Positions 1-16,529 of a DNA stretch of 64,000 nucleotides are shown piece by piece; the first letter of the stretch is position 1, and every line of letters begins with the position of its first letter. Below the pieces are notes generated by a model. It did no database searches. It was not told where the DNA came from and saw nothing but the letters and a program-made list of their open reading frames with translations. The DNA comes from the human T2T-CHM13v2.0 reference genome, Homo sapiens. The position numbers and the translations under genes were made by a program. Location: the NCBI RefSeq assembly GCF_009914755.1, contig NC_060933.1. One strand, 5' to 3'.

Positions 1-514
1 GGAACGGAACGGAATGGAATGGAATGGAATGGAATGGAATGGAACGGAAAGGAATGGAATGGAATGGAATGGAATGGAATGGAATGGAATGGAATGGAAT
101 GGAGTGGAATCAACGCGAGTGCAGGGGAATGGAATGGAATGGAATGCAATGGAATGGAATCTTCCGGAGTGGAATGGAATGGAATGGAATGGAATGGAAT
201 GGAATCAACCCGAGTGCAATGGAATGGAGTGGAATGGAATGGAATGGAATGGAACAACCCGAATGGAATGGAATGTAATGGAGAGTAAGGGAGTTGAATA
301 GAATCAATCCGAATGTAATGGAATGGAATGGAACGGAATGGAATTGAATGGAATGGAATGGAATGGAATGGAATGGAATGGAATCAACACGATTGCAATG
401 GAATGGAATGGAATGGAATTAACCCGAATAGAATGGAATGGAATGGAATGGAACGGAACGGAATGGAATGGAATGGAATGGAACGGAACGGAATGTAATG
501 GAATGGAATGGAAT

Positions 515-554
515 GGAATCTTCCGGAATGGAATGGAATGGAATCTTCCGGAAT
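515..554. promoter_or_regulatory. Two in-phase perfect heat-shock elements (nGAAnnTTCnnGAAn); example of a recurring module
   Basis: gGAAtcTTCcgGAAt at 515-529 and 540-554, joined by in-phase GAA pentamers. This matches the HSF1 trimer consensus. Function here is inferred. Confidence 0.6.
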
Positions 555-3500
555 GGAATGGAAAGTAATGGAATCAACCCGAGTGCAATGGAATGGAGTG
601 GAATGGAATGGAATGGAATGGAACAACCCGAATGCAATCGAATGTAATGGAGAGTAAGGGAGTTGAATAGAATCAATCCGAATGTAATGGAATGGAATGT
701 AACGGAATGGAATGGAATGGAATGGAATTGAATGGAATGGAATGCAATGGAATGGAATCAACCCGAGTGCAATCGAATGGAATCGAATGGAATGGAATGC
801 AATGGAATGGATTCAACTAGAATGGAATGGAAAGAATGAAATCAACACGAGTGGAAGGGCATGGATTGGAATGGAATGGAATGGAATCAACCCGAGTACA
901 GGGGAATGGAATGGAATGGAATGCAATGGAATGGAATCATCCGTAATGGAATGGAAAGGAATGGAATGGAATGGAATGGAATGGAATGGAACGGAAAGGA
1001 ATGGAATGGAATGGAATGGAATGGAACGGAATGGAATGGAATAAACCCGAGTGCAATGGAATGGAGTGGAATGGAATGGAATGGAATGGAACAACCCGAA
1101 TGGAATGGAATGGAATGGAGAGTAAGGGAGTTGAATAGAATCAATCCGAATGTAATGGAATGGAATGGAACGGAATGGAATTGAATGGAATGGAATGGAA
1201 TGCAATGGAATGGAATCAACCCGAGTGCAATGGAATGGAGAGGAATGGAATGGAATGGAATGGAAACTACCCGAATGGATTGGAATGTAATGGAGTGCAA
1301 GGGAATTGAATAGAATCAATCCGAATATAATGGAATGGAATGGAACGGAATGGAATGGAATGGAATGGAATGGAATGGAATGGAATGCAATGGAATGGAA
1401 TCAACCCGAGTGCAATCGAATGGAATCGAATGGAATGGAATGCAATGGAATGGATTCAACTTGAATGGAATGGAAAGAATGGAATCAACACGAGTGGAAG
1501 GGCATGGATTGGAATGCAATGGAATGGAATCAACCCGAGTACAGGGGAATGTAATGGAATGGAATGCAATGGAATGGAATCATCCGTAATGGAATGGAAA
1601 GGAATGGAATGGAATGGAATGGAATGGAATCAACACGATTGCAATCGAATGGAATGGAATAGAATTAACCCGAATAGAATGGAATGGAATGGAATGGAAC
1701 GGAACGGAATGGAATGGAATGGAATGGAATGGAATGGAACGGAACGGAATGGAATGGAATGGAATGGAATGGAATGGAATGGAATCAACGCGAGTGCAGG
1801 GGAATGGAAAGGAATGGAATGCAATGGAATGGAATCTTCCGGAATAGAATGGAATGGAATGGAATGGAATGGAATGAAATGCAATGGATTCAACTCGATT
1901 GCAATGGAATGTAATAGAATGGGATGGAATGGAATGGAATGGAATTAACCCGAATAGAATGGAATGGAATGGAATGGAACGGAATGGAACGGAACGGAAT
2001 GGAATGGAATGGAATGGAATGGAATGGAATGGTATGGAATGGAATGGAATGGTACGGAATAGATTGGAATGGAACGAATTGTAATGGAATGGAATTGAAT
2101 GGAATGGAATGGAATGGAATGGAATCAACGCGAGTGCAGGGGAATGTAATGGAACGGAATGCAATGGAATGGAATCATCCGGAATGGAATGGAATGGAAT
2201 GGAATGGAATGGAATGGAATGGAATCAACCCGAGTGCAATGGAATGGAGTGGAATGGAATGGAATGGAATGGAACAACCCGAATGGAATGGAATGTAATG
2301 GAGAGTAAGGGAGTTGAATAGAATCAATCCGAATGTAATGGAATGGAATGCAACGGAATGGAATGGAATGGAATACAATGGAATGGAATGGAATGCAAAG
2401 GAATGGAATCAACCCGAGTGGAATGGCATGGAATGGAATGCAATGGAATGGAATGGAATGGAATGGAATTGAATGGAATCAACTCGATTGGAATGGAATG
2501 GAATGGAATGGAATGGAATGGAATTAACCCGAATAGAATGGAAAGGAATGGAATGGAACGGAAAGGAATGGAACGGAATGGAATGGAATGGAATGGAATG
2601 GAATGGAATGGAATGGAATCAACCCGACTGCAGGGGAATGGAATGGAATGGAATGCAATGGAATGGATTCAACTTGAATGGAATGGAAAGAATGGAATCA
2701 ACACGAGTGGAATGGCATGGATTTGAATGGAATGGAATGGAATCAACCCAAGTACAGGGGAATGGAATGCAATGGAATGTAATGGAATGGAATCATCCGT
2801 AATGGAATGGAAAGGAATGGAAAGGAATGGAATGGAATGGAATGGAATGGAATGCCTTCAAACCGAAAGGAATGGAAAGGAATGGAATCAACACGAGTGG
2901 AAAGGAATGGAATGGAAAGGAAAGGAATGGAATGGAATGGTACGGAATAGAATGGAATGGAACGAACTGGAATGGAATGGAATGGAATGGAATGGAATGG
3001 AATGGAATGGAATGGAATCGTTCCGAGTGGAATAGGAGGGAATGTATTCGAGTGGAATGGAAAGGAATGGAATCAAAAAGAGTGGAATGGAAGGGAATGG
3101 AATGGAATGGAAACTAATAGAATGGAATCAACCCAAGTGGAATGGAATGGAAAGGACTGGAATGGAATGGAATGGAATGGAATGGAATGGAATCAACTCG
3201 ATTGTAATGGAATGGAATGGAATGGAATGGAATGGAATGGAATGGAATGGAATTAACCCGAATAGAATGGAATGGAATGGAATTGAACGGAACGGAACGG
3301 AACGGAATGGAATGGAATGGAATGGAATGGAACGGAAAGGAATGGAATGGAATGGAATGGAATGGAATGGAATGGAATGGAATGGAATCAACGCGAGTGC
3401 AGGGGAATGGAATGGAATGGAATGCAATGGAATGGAAGCTTCCGGAATGGAATGGAATGGAATGGAATGGAATGGAATAAACCCGAGTGCAATGGAATGG

Positions 3501-6500
3501 AGTGGAATGGAATAGAATGGAATGGAACAACCCGAATGGAATGGAATGTAATGGAGAGTAAGGGAGTTGAATAGAGTCAATCCGAATGTAATGGAATGGA
3601 ATGGAACGGAATGGAATTGAATGGAATGGAATGGAATGCAATGGAATGGAATCAACCCGAGTGCAATGGAATGGAGAGGAATGGAATGGTATGGAATGGG
3701 AACTACCCGAATGGAATGGAATGTAATGGAGTGTAAGGGAATTGAATAGAATCAATCCCAATGTAATGGAATGGAATGGAACGGAATGGAATGGAATGGA
3801 ATGGAATGGAATCAACCCGAGTGCAATCGAATGGAATCGAATGGAATGGAATGCAATGGAATGGATTCAACTTGAATGGAATGGAAAGAATGGAATCAAC
3901 ACGAGTGGAAGGGCATGGATTGGAATGCAATGGAATGGAATCAACTCGAGTACAGGGGAATGGAATGGAATGGAATGCAATGGAATGGAATCATCCGTAA
4001 TGGAATGGAAAGGAATGGAATGGAATGGAAGGGAATGGAATGGAATGAAATGGAATGGAATCAACTCGATTGCAGTCGAATGGAATGGAATGGAATTAAC
4101 CCGAATAGAATGGAATGGAATGTAATGGAACGGAACGGAACGGAACGGAACGGAATGGAATGCAATGGAATGGAACGGAAAGGAATGGAGTGGAATGGAA
4201 TGGAATGGAATGGAATGGAATCAACGCGAGTGCAGGGGAATGGAATGGAATGGAATGCAATGGAATGGAATCATCCGGAATGGAATGGAATGGAATGGAA
4301 TGGAATGGAATGGAATGGAATGGAATCAACCCGAGTGCAATGGAATGGAGTGAAATGGAATGGAATGGAATGGAACAACCCGAATGGAATGGAATGTAAT
4401 GGAGAGTAAGGGAGTTGAATAGAATCAATCCGAATGTAATGGAATGGAATGCAACGGAATAGAATGGAATGGAATGCAATGGAATGCAATCAACCCGAGT
4501 ACAATGGAATGGAATGGAATGGAATGGAATGGAATGGAATGGAATGGAATGCCTTCAAACCGAATGGAATGGAAATGAAAGGAATCAACACGAGTGGAAT
4601 GGAATGGAATGGAATGGAATGATACGGAATAGAATGGAATGGAACGAAATGGAATGGAATGGAATGGAATGGAATGGAATGGAATGGATTGGAATCGTTC
4701 CGAGTGGAATAGGAGGGAATGTATTCGAGTGGAATGGAAAGGAATGGAATCAACTAGAGTGGAATGGAAGGGAATGGAATGGAATGGAAACTAATAGAAT
4801 GGAATCAACCCGAGTGGAATGGAATGGAAAGGACTGGAATGGAATGGAATGGAATGGAATTGAATGGAATCAACTCGATTGTAATGGAATGGAATGGAAT
4901 GGAATGGAATGGAATGGAATGGAATGGAATTAACCCGAATACAATGGAATGGAATGGAGTGGAACGGAATGGAGTGGAATGGAATGGAATCAACCCGAGC
5001 GCAGGGGAATGGAATGGAATGGAATGCAATGGAATGGAATCATCCGGAATCAAATGGAATGGAATGGAATGCAAAGCAATGGAATCAACTCGATTGCAAT
5101 GGAATGGAATGGAATGGAAAGGAATACATTGGAATCAACCCGAGTGGAATGGAATGGAAAGGACTGGAATGGAGTGGAATGGAATGGAATGGAATGGAAT
5201 GGAATCAACTCGATTGGAATGGAATGGAATGGAATGGAATGGAATTAACCCGAATAGAATGGAATGGAATGGAATGGAACGGAACGGAACGGAACCGAAT
5301 GGAATGGAATGGAATGGAATTGAATGGAATGGAATGGAATCAACCCGACTGCAGGGGAATGGAATGGAATGGAATGCAATGGAATGGATTCAACTTGAAT
5401 GGAATGGATAGAATGGAATCAACACGAGTGGAATGGCATGGATTGGAATGGAATGGAATGGAATGAACCCGAGTACAGGGGAATGGAATGGAATGGAATG
5501 CAATGGAATGGAATCATACGTAATGGAATGGAAAGGAATGGAATGGAATGGAATGGAATGGAATGGAATGGAATGGAATGGAATCAACTCGATTGCAATC
5601 GAATGGAATGGAATGGAATTAACCCGAATAGAATGGAATGGAATGGAATGGAACGGAACGGAACGGAATGGAATGGAACGGAATGGAATGGAATGCCATG
5701 GAATGGAACGGAAAGGAATGGAATGGAATGGAATGGAATGGAATGGAATGGAATCAACGCGAGTGCAGGGGAATGGAATGGAATGGAATGCAATGGAATG
5801 GAATCTTCCGGAATGGAATGGAATGGAATGGAATGGAATGGAATGGAATGGAATAAACCCGAGAGCAATGGAATGGAGTGGAATGGAATGGAATGGAATG
5901 GAACAGCCCGAATGGAATGGAATGTAATGGAGAGTAAGGGAGTTGAATAGAATCCATTCGAATGTAATGGAATGGAATGAAACGGAATGGAACTGAATGG
6001 AATGGAATGGAATGCAATGGAATGGAATCAACCCGAGTGCAATGGAATGGAGAGGAATGGAATGGAATGGAATGGAAACTACCCGAATGGAATGGAATGT
6101 AATGGAGTGTAAGGGAATTGAATAAAATCAATCCGAATGTAATGGAATGGAACGGAACGGAATGGAATGGAATGGAATGGAATGGAATGGAATGGAATCA
6201 ACCCGAGTGCAATCGAATGGAATCGAATGGAATGGAATGCAATGGAATGGATTCAACTTGAATGGAATGGAAAGAATGGAATCAACACGAGTGGAAGAGC
6301 ATGGATTGGAATGCAATGGAATGTAATCAACCCGAGTACAGGGGAATGGAATGGAATGGAATGCAATGGAATGGAATCATCCGTAATGGAATGGAAAGGA
6401 ATGGAATGGAATGGAATGGAATGGAATGGAATGGAATGGAATGGAATCAACACGATTGCAATCGAATGGAATGGAATGGAATTAACCCGAATAGAATGGA

Positions 6501-9500
6501 ATGGAATGGAGTGGAACGGAACGGAATGGAATGGAATAGAATCAACCCGAGTGCAGGGGAATGGAATGGAATGGAATGCAATGGAATGGAATCATCCGGA
6601 ATGGAATGGAATGGAATGGAATGCAAAGCAATGGAATCAACTCGATTGCAATGGAATGCAATGGAATGGAAAGGAATACATTGGAATCAACCCGAGTGGA
6701 ATGGAATGGAAAGGACTGGAATGGAGTGGAATGGAATGGAATGGAATGGAATGGAATCAACTCGATTGGAATGGAATGGAATGGAATGGAATGGAATGGA
6801 ATGGAATGGAATTAACCCGAATAGAATGGAATGGAATGGAATGGAACGGAACGGAAAGGAATGGAATGGAATGGAATGGAATGGAATGGAATGGAATGGA
6901 ATGGAATCAACCCGACTGCAGGGGAATGGAATGGAATGGAATGCAATGGAATGGATTCAACTTGAATGGAATGGAAAGAATGGAATGGAATGGAATGGAA
7001 TGGAATGGAATGGAATGGTATCAACTCGAGTGCAGTCGAATGGAATGGAATGGAATTAACCCGAATAGAATGGAATGGAATGGAATGTAACGGAACGGAA
7101 CGGAACGGAACGGAACGGAACGGAACGGAATGGAATGGAATGGAATGGAATGGAATGGAATGGAATGGAACGGAAAGGAATAGAATGGAATGGAATGGAA
7201 AGGAATGGAATGGAATCAACGCGAGTGCAGGGGAAAGGAATGGAATGGAATCTTCCGGAATGGAACGGAATGGAATGGAATGGAATGGAATGGAATGGAA
7301 TCAACCCGAGTGTAATGGAATGGAGTGGAATGGAATGGAATGGAATGGAACAACCCGAATGGAATGGAATGTAATGGAGAGTAAGGGAGTTGAATAGAAT
7401 CAATCCGAATGTAATGGAATGGAATGGAACGGAATGGAATTGAATGGAATGGAATGGAATGCAATGGAATGGAATCAACCCGAGTGCAATGGAACGGAGA
7501 GGAATGGAATGGAATGGAGTGGAAACTACCCGAAAGGAATGGAATGCAATGGAATGGAATCAACCCGAGTGCAATGGAATGGAGAGAAATGGAATGGAAT
7601 GGAGTGGAAACTACCCGAATGGAATGGAATGTAATGGAGTGTAGGGGAATTGAATAGAATCAATCCGAATGTAATGGAAAGGAATGGAACGGAATGGAAT
7701 GGAATGGAATGGAATGGAATGGAATGGAAAGGAATGCAATGGAATGGAATCAACCCGAGTGCAATCGAATGGAATCGAATGGAACGGAATGCAATGGAAT
7801 GGAATCAACTCGATTGCAATCGAATGGAATGGAATGGAATTAACCCGAATAGAATGGAATGGAATGGAATGGAAAGGAACGGAATGGAATGGAATGGAAT
7901 GGAACGGAACGGAATGGGATGGAATGGAATGGAATGGAATCAACGCGAGTGCAGGGGAATGGAATGGAATAGAATGCAATGGAATGGAATCTTCCAGAAT
8001 GGAATGGAATGGAATGGAATGGAATGAAATGCAATGGATTCAACTCGATTGCAATGGAATGGAATAGAATGGAATGGAATGGAATGGAATGGAATGGAAT
8101 GAACCCGAATAGAATGGAATGGAATGCAATGGAACGGAATGGAACGGAATGGAATGGAATGGAATGGAATGGAATGGTATGGAATGGAATGGAATGGTAC
8201 GGAATAGAATGGAATGTAACGAATTGTAATGGAATGGAATTGAATGGAATGGAATGGAATCAACGCGAGTGCAGGGGAATGTAATGGAACGGAATGCAAT
8301 GGAATGGAATCATCCGGAATGGAATGGAATGGAATGGAATGGAATGGAATGGAATGGAATCAACCCGAGTGCAATGGAATGGAGTGGAATGGAATGGAAT
8401 GGAATGGAACAACCCGAATGGAATGGAATGTAATGGAATGTAAGGGAGTTGAATAGAATCAATCCGAATGTAATGGAATGGAATGCAACGGAATGGAATG
8501 GAATGGAATGCAATGGAATGCAATCAACCCGAGTACAATGGAATGGAATGGAATGGAATGGAATGGAATGGAATGGAATGCCTTCAAACCGAATGGAATG
8601 GAAAGGAATGGAATCAACACGAGTGGAATGGAATGGAATGGAATGGAATGGAATGGAATGGAATGGAATGGAATGGAATGATACGGAATAGAATGGAATG
8701 GAACGAAATGGAATGGAATGGAATGGAATGGAATGGAATCGTTCCGAGTGGAATAGGAGGGAATGTATTCGAGTGGAATGGAAAGGAATGGAATCAACCA
8801 GAGTGGAATGGAAGGGAATGGAATGGAATGGAAACTAATAGAATGGAATCAACCCGAGTGGAATGGAATGGAAAGGTCTGGAATGGAATGGAATGGAATG
8901 GTATCAACTCGATTGTAATGGAATGGAATGGAATGGAATGGAATGGAATGGAATTAACCCCAATACAATGGAATGGAATGGAATGGAACGGAATGGAGTG
9001 GAATGGAATGTAATCAACCCGAGTGCAGGGGAATGGAATGGAATGGAATGCAATGGAATGGAATAATCCGGTATGGAATGGAATGGAATGGAATGCAAAG
9101 CAATGGAATCAACTCGATTGCAATGGAATGGAATGCAATGGAAAGGAATACTTTGGAATCAACCCGAGTGGAATGCAATGGAAACGACTGGAATGGAGTG
9201 GAATGGAATGGAATGGAATGGTATGGAATCAACTCGATTGGAATGGAATTGAATGGAATGGAATAGAATGGAATGGAATGGAATCAACCCGACTGCAGGG
9301 GAATGGAATGGAATGGAATGCAATGGAATGGATTCAACTTGAATGGAATGGAAAGAATGGAATCAACACGGGTGGAATGGCATGGATTGGAATGGAATGG
9401 AATGGAATCAACCCGAGTACAGGGGAATGGAATGGAATGGAATGCAATGGAATGGAATCATCCGTAATGGAATGGAAAGGAATGGAATGGAATGGAATGG

Positions 9501-12500
9501 AATGGAATGGAATGGAATGGAATGGAATGGAATCAACTCGATTGCAATCGAATGGAATGGAATGGAATTAACCCGAATAGAATGGAATGGAATGGAATGG
9601 AACGGAACGGAACGGAATGGAATGGAATGGAATGGAATGGAATGGAATGGAACGGAAAGGAATGGAATGGAATGGAATGGAATGGAATGGAATGGAATGG
9701 AATGGAATCAACGCGAGGGCAGGGGAATGGAATGGAATGGAATGCAATGGAATGGAATTTTCCGGAATGGAATGGAATGGAATGGAATGGAATGGAATGG
9801 AATGGAATAAACCCGAGTGCAATGGAATGGAGTGGAATGGAATGGAGTGGAATGGAATGGAATGGAATGGAACAGCCCGAATGGAATGGAATGTAAAGGA
9901 GAGTAAGGGAGTTGAATAGAATCAATCCGAATGTAATGGAATGGAATGGAACGGAATGGAATTGAATTGAATGGAATGGAATGCAATGGAATGTAATCAA
10001 CCCGAGTGCAATGGAATCGAGAGGAATGGAATGGAATGGAATGGAAACTACCCGAATGGAATGGAATGTAATGGAGTGTAAGGGAATTGAATAGAATCAA
10101 TCCGAATGTAATGGAATGGAATGGAACGGAATGGAATGGAATGGAATGGAATGGAATGGAATGGAATGGAATGCAATGGAATGGAATCAACCCGAGTACA
10201 GGGGAATGGAATGGAATGGAATGCAATGGAATGGAATCATCCGTAATGGAATGGAAAGGAATGGAATGGAATGGAAATGGAATGGAATGGAATGGAATGG
10301 AATCAACACGATTGCAATCGAATGGAATGGAATGGAATTGACCCGAATAGAATTGAATGGAATGGAATGGAACGGAACGGAATGGAATGGAATGGAATGG
10401 AATGGAACGGAACGGAACGGAACGGAATGGAATGGAATGGAATGGAATGGAATGGAATGGAATGGAATGAAATCAACGCGAGTGCAGGGGAATGGAATGG
10501 AATGGAATGCAATGGAATGGAATCTTCCGGAATGGAATGGAATGGAATGGAATGGAATGAAATGCAATGGATTCAACTCGATTGCAATGGAATGGAATAG
10601 AATGGAATGGAAAGGAATGGAATGGAATTAACCCGAATAGAATGGAATGGAATGGAACGGAATGGAACGGAATGGAACGGAATGGAATGGAATGGAATGG
10701 AATGGAATGGAATGGAATGGTATGGAATGGAATAGAATGGTATGGAATAGAATGGAATGGAACGAATTGTAATGGAATGGAATTGAATGGAATGGAATGG
10801 AATGGAATGGAATCAACGCGAGTGCAGGGCAATGTAATGGAACGGAATGCAATGGAATGGAATCATCCGGAATGGAATGGAATGGAATGGAATGGAATGG
10901 AATGGAATGGAATGGAATCAACCCGAGTGCAATGGAATGGAGTGGAAAGGAATGGAATGGAATGGAACAACCCGAATGGAATGGAATGTAATGGACAGTA
11001 AGGGAGTTGAATAGAATCAATCCGAATGTAATGGAATGGAATGCAACAGAATGGAATGGAATGGAATGGAATGGAATGCAAAGGAATGGAATCAACCCGA
11101 GTGGAATGGCATGGAATGGAATGCAATGGAATAGAATGGAATGGAATCAACTCGAGTGGAAAGGAATGGAATGGAATGGAAAGGAATGGAATGAACTCAA
11201 CTCGAGTGGAATGGAATGGAATGGAATGGATTGGAATGGATTGCAATGGAATGAAATGGAATGGAATGGAATGGAATCAATCATTCCGAGTGGAATGGAA
11301 GTGAATGTAATGGAGTGAAAAGAAGGGAATGGAATCAACCCGAGTGGAATGCAAGGCAATGGAATGGAATGGAAAGGAATGGAATGGAATCAACTCGATT
11401 GCAATGGAATGGAATGGAATGGAATGGAATGGAATGGAATTAACCGGAATAGAATGGAATGGAATGGAATGGAACGGAATGGAATGGAATGGAAGGAAAT
11501 GGAATCAACACGAGTGCAGGGGAATGGAATGGAATGGAATGCAATGGAGTGGAATCATCCGGAATGGAATGGAATGGAATGGAATCAACTCCATTGCAAT
11601 GGAATGGAATGGAATGGAATGGAATAGAATGGAATGGAATTAACCCGAATAGAATGGAATGCAATAGAATGGAATGCAACGGAACCGAATGGAGTGGAAT
11701 GGAATGGAATGGAATCAACCCGAGTACAGGGGAATGGAATGGAAAGGAATGCAATGGAATGGAGTCATCCGTAATGGAATGGAAAGGAATGGAATGGAAT
11801 GGAATGGAATGGAATGGAATGGAATGGAATCAACTCGATGGCAATCGAATGGAATGGAATGGAATTAACCCGAATAGAATGGAATGGAATGGAATGGAAC
11901 GGAACGGAATGGAATGGAATGGAATGGAATGGAATGGAATGGAAAGGAACGGAACGGAATGGAACGGAATGGAATGGAATGGAATCAACGCGAGTGCAGG
12001 GGAATGGAATGGAATGGAATGCATTCGAATGGAATCTTCCGGAATGGAATGCAAAGGAATGGAATGGAATGAAAGGCAATGGATTCAACTCGATTGCAAT
12101 GGAATGGAATAGAATGGAATGGAATGGAATGGAAAGGAATGGAATTGAATGGAATGGAATACCTTCAAACCGAATGGAATGGAAAGGAATGGAATCAACA
12201 CGAGTGGAAAGGAATGGAATGGAAAGGAATGGAATGGAATGGTACGGAATAGAATGGAATGGAACGAACTGGAATGGAATGGAATGGAATGCAATGGAAT
12301 GGAATGGAATGGAATCGTTCCGAGTGGAATAGGATGGAATGGATTCGAGTGGAATGGAAAGGAATGGAATCAACCAGAGTGGAATGGAAGGGAATGGAAA
12401 GGAATGGAAACTAATAGAATGGAATCAACCCGAGTGGAATGGAATGGAAAGGACTGGAATGGAATGGAATGGAATGGAATGGTATGAAATCAACTCGATT

Positions 12501-15500
12501 ATAATGGAATGGAATGGAATGGAATGGAATGGAATGGAATGGAATGGAATGGAATTAACCCGAATACAATGGAATGGAATGGAATGGAACGGAATGGAGT
12601 GGAATGGAATGGAATCAACCCGACTGCAGGGGAATGGAATGGAATGGAATGCAATGCAATGGAATCATCCGGAATGGAATGGAATGGAATGGAATGCAAA
12701 GCAATGGAATCAACTCGATTGCAATGGATTGGAATGGAATGGAAAGGAATAGAATGGAATCAACCCGAGTGCAATGGAATGGAAAGGACTGGAATGGAGT
12801 GGAATGGAATGGAATGGAATGGAATGGAATCAACTCGATTGTAATGGAATGGAAAGGAATGGAATGGAATGGAATGGAATTAACCCGAATAGAATGGAAT
12901 GGAATGGAATGGAACAGAATGGAATGGAATGGAATGGAATGGAATGGAATGGATTGGAATCAACCCGACTGCAGGGGAATGGACTGGAATGGAATGGAAT
13001 GGAATGGAATGGAATCATCCGGAACGGAATGGAATGGAATGGAATGGAATCAACTCGATTGCAATGGAATGGAATGGAATGGAATGGAATCGAATGGAAT
13101 GGAGTGGAATTAACCGGAATAGAATGGAATGGAATGGAATGGAACGGAATGAAATGGAATGGAATGGAATGGAATGGAATGGAATGGAATCAACCCGAGT
13201 GCAGGGGAATGGAATGGAATGGAATGCAATGGAATGGAATCATCCGGAATGGAATGGAATGGAATGGAATGCAATCAACCTGATGCAATGGAATGGAGTG
13301 CAATGGAATGTAATGGAATGGAAACATCCCGAATGCAATGGAATGTAATGGAGTGTAAGGGAATTGAATAGAATCAATCCGAATGTAATGGAATGGAATG
13401 GAATGGAATGGAATGGAATGGAATGGAATGGAATCAACCTGAGTGCAATGGAATGGATTCGAATGGAATGGAATGGAATGGAATGGATTCAACAAGAATG
13501 GAATGGAAAGGAATGGAATCAACCCGAGTGTAATGGCATGGAATGGAACGGAATGGAATGGGATGGAATGGAATGGTACGGAATACAATGGAATGGAATG
13601 AAATGGAATAGAATGGAATGGAATGGAATGGAATGGAATGAACCCGTGTGCAATGGAATGGAATGGAATGGAATGGAATGGATTCAACTCGAATGGAATC
13701 AACTCGATTGCAATGGAATGGAATGGAATTGAAAGGAATAGAATGGAATCAACCCGAGTGGAATGGAATGGAAAGGACTGGAATGGAGTGGAATGGAATG
13801 GAATGGAATGGAATTAACCCGAATAGAATGAAATGGAACGGAATGGAATGGAATGTAATGGAATGGAATGGAATGGAATCAACCCGAGTGCAGGGGAATG
13901 GAATGGAATGGAATGCAAAGGAATGGAATCATCCGGAATGGAATGGAATGGAATGGAATGGAATGGAATCAACTCGATTACAATGGAAATGGAATGGAAT
14001 AGAATGGAATGGAATTAACACGAATAGAATGGAAAGGAATGGAATTGAATGGAACAGAAAGGAATGGAATGGAATGGAATGGAATCAACCCAAGTGCAGG
14101 GGAATGGAATGGAATGAAATTCAATGGAATGGAATCATCCGGAATGGAATGGAATGGAATGGAATGGAATGGAATGGAATGGAATGGAATGGAATCAACC
14201 CGAGTGCAATGGAATGGAGAGGAATGGAATGGAATGGAAACTACACGAATCGAATGGACTGTAATGGAGTGTAAGGGAATTGAATAGAATGAATCCGAAT
14301 GGAATGGAATGGAAAGGAATGGAATGGAATGGAATGGAATGGAATGGAATGCAATGCCATGGAATCAACCCGAGTGCAATCGAATGGAATCGAATGGAAT
14401 GGAATGCAATGGAATGGATTCAACGTGAATGGAATGGAAAGAATGGAATCAACACGAGTGGAATGCCATGGATTGGAATGGAATGGAATGGAATCAACCC
14501 GAGTACAGGGGAATGGAATGGAATGGAATGAAATGGAATGGAATCATCCGTAATGTAATGGAAAGGAATGGAATGGAATGGAATGGAATCAACTCTATTG
14601 CAATCGAATGGAATGGAATGGAATTAACCCGAATAGAATGGAATGGAATGGAATAGAATGGAATGGAACGGAACGGAACGGAATGGAATGGAATGGAATG
14701 GAATGGAATGGAATGCAATGGAATCAACTGATTGCAATGGAATGGAATGGAATGGAATGGAATGGAATGGAATGGAATGGAATTAACCCGAATAGAATGG
14801 AATGGAATTAAATGGAACGGAACGGAATGGAATGGAATGGAATGGAATGGAATGGAATGGAATGGAATCAACCCGACTGCAGGGGAATGGAATGGAATGG
14901 AATGCAATGGAATGGAATCTTCCGGAATGGAATGGAATGGAATGGAATGAAATGAAATGCAATGGATGCAACTCGATTGCAATGGAATGGAATAGAATGG
15001 AATGGAATGGAATGGAATGGGATTAACCCGAATAGAATGGAATGGAATGGAATGGAACGGAATGGAACGGAATGGAATGGAATGGAATGGAATGGATTGG
15101 AATGGAATGGTATGGAATGGAATGGAATGGTACGGAATAGAATGGAATGGAACGAATTGTAATGGAATGGAATTGAATGGAATGGAATGGAATGGAATGG
15201 AATCAACGCGAGTGCAGGGGAATGTAATTTAACGGAATGCAATGGAATGGAATCATCCGGAATGGAATGGAATGGAATGGAATGGAATGGAATCAACCCG
15301 AGTGCAATGGAATGGAGTGGAATGGAATGGAATGGAATGGAACAACCCGAATGGAATGGAATGTAATGGAGAGTAAGGGAGTTGAATAGAATCAATCCGA
15401 ATGTAATGGAATGGAATGCAACGGAATGGAATTGAATGGAATGGAATGGAATGGAATGGAATGGAATGCAAAGGAATGGAATCAACCCGAGTGGAATGGC

Positions 15501-16529
15501 ATGGAATGGAATGCAATGGATTGGAATGGAATGGAATCAACTCGAGTGGAAAGGAATGGAATGGAATGGAAAGGAATGGAATGAAGTCAACTCGAGTGGA
15601 ATGGAATGGAATGGAATGGATTGGAATGGATTGCAATGGAATGCAATGGAATGGAATGGAATGGAATCAATCATGGAAGGGAATGTAATGGAGGGGAAAG
15701 AAGGGAATGGAATCAACCCGAGTGGAATGCAAGGCAATGGAATGGCATGGAAAGGAATGGAATGGAATCAACTCGATTGCAATGGAATGGAATGGAATGG
15801 AATGGAATGGAATGGAATGGAATTAACCGAAATAGAATGGAATGGAATGGAATGGAGCGGAATGGAATGGAATGGAAGGGAATGGAATCAACACGAGTGC
15901 AGGGGAATGGAATCGAATGGAATGCAATGGAATGGAATCATTCCGAATGGAATGGAATGGAATGGAATCAACTCGATTTCAATGGAATGGAATGGAACAG
16001 AATGGAACGGAATTAACACGAATAGAATGGAATGGAATGGAATGGAATGGAACAGAAAGGAATAGAATGGAATGGAATGGAATCAACCCAAGTGCAGGGG
16101 AATGGAATGGAATGGAATTCAATGGAATGGAATCATCCGGAATGAAATGGAATGGAATGGAATGGAATGGAATCAACCCGAGTGCAATGGAATGGAGAGG
16201 AATGGAATGGAATGGAATGGAAACTACACGAATGGAATGGAATGTAATGGAGTGAAAGGGAATTGAATAGAATGAATCCGAATGGAATGGAATGGAATGG
16301 AATGGAAAGGAATGGAATGGAATGGAATGGAATGGAATGCAATGCCATGGAATCTACCCGAGTGCAATCGAATGGAATCGAATGGAATGGAATGCAATAG
16401 AATGGATTCAACTTGAATGGAATGGAAAGAAAGGAATCAACACGAGTGGAATGGCATGGATTGGAATGGAATGGAATGGAATCAACCCGAGTACAGGAGA
16501 ATGGAATGGAATGGAATGCAATGGAATGG

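Noticed and set aside
3018-3120. Most complex-looking module (CGTTCCGAGTGGAATAGGAGGGAATGTATTCGAG...AAACTAATAG) as a possible insertion or Shine-Dalgarno AGGAGG
   Set aside because: It stays in pentamer register, derives from GGAAT by substitution, and recurs more than ten times as an ordinary module.
8869-8879. TonEBP/NFAT5-like TGGAAAGGTCT
   Set aside because: A single-copy point variant of the TGGAAAGGACT module; expected by chance.
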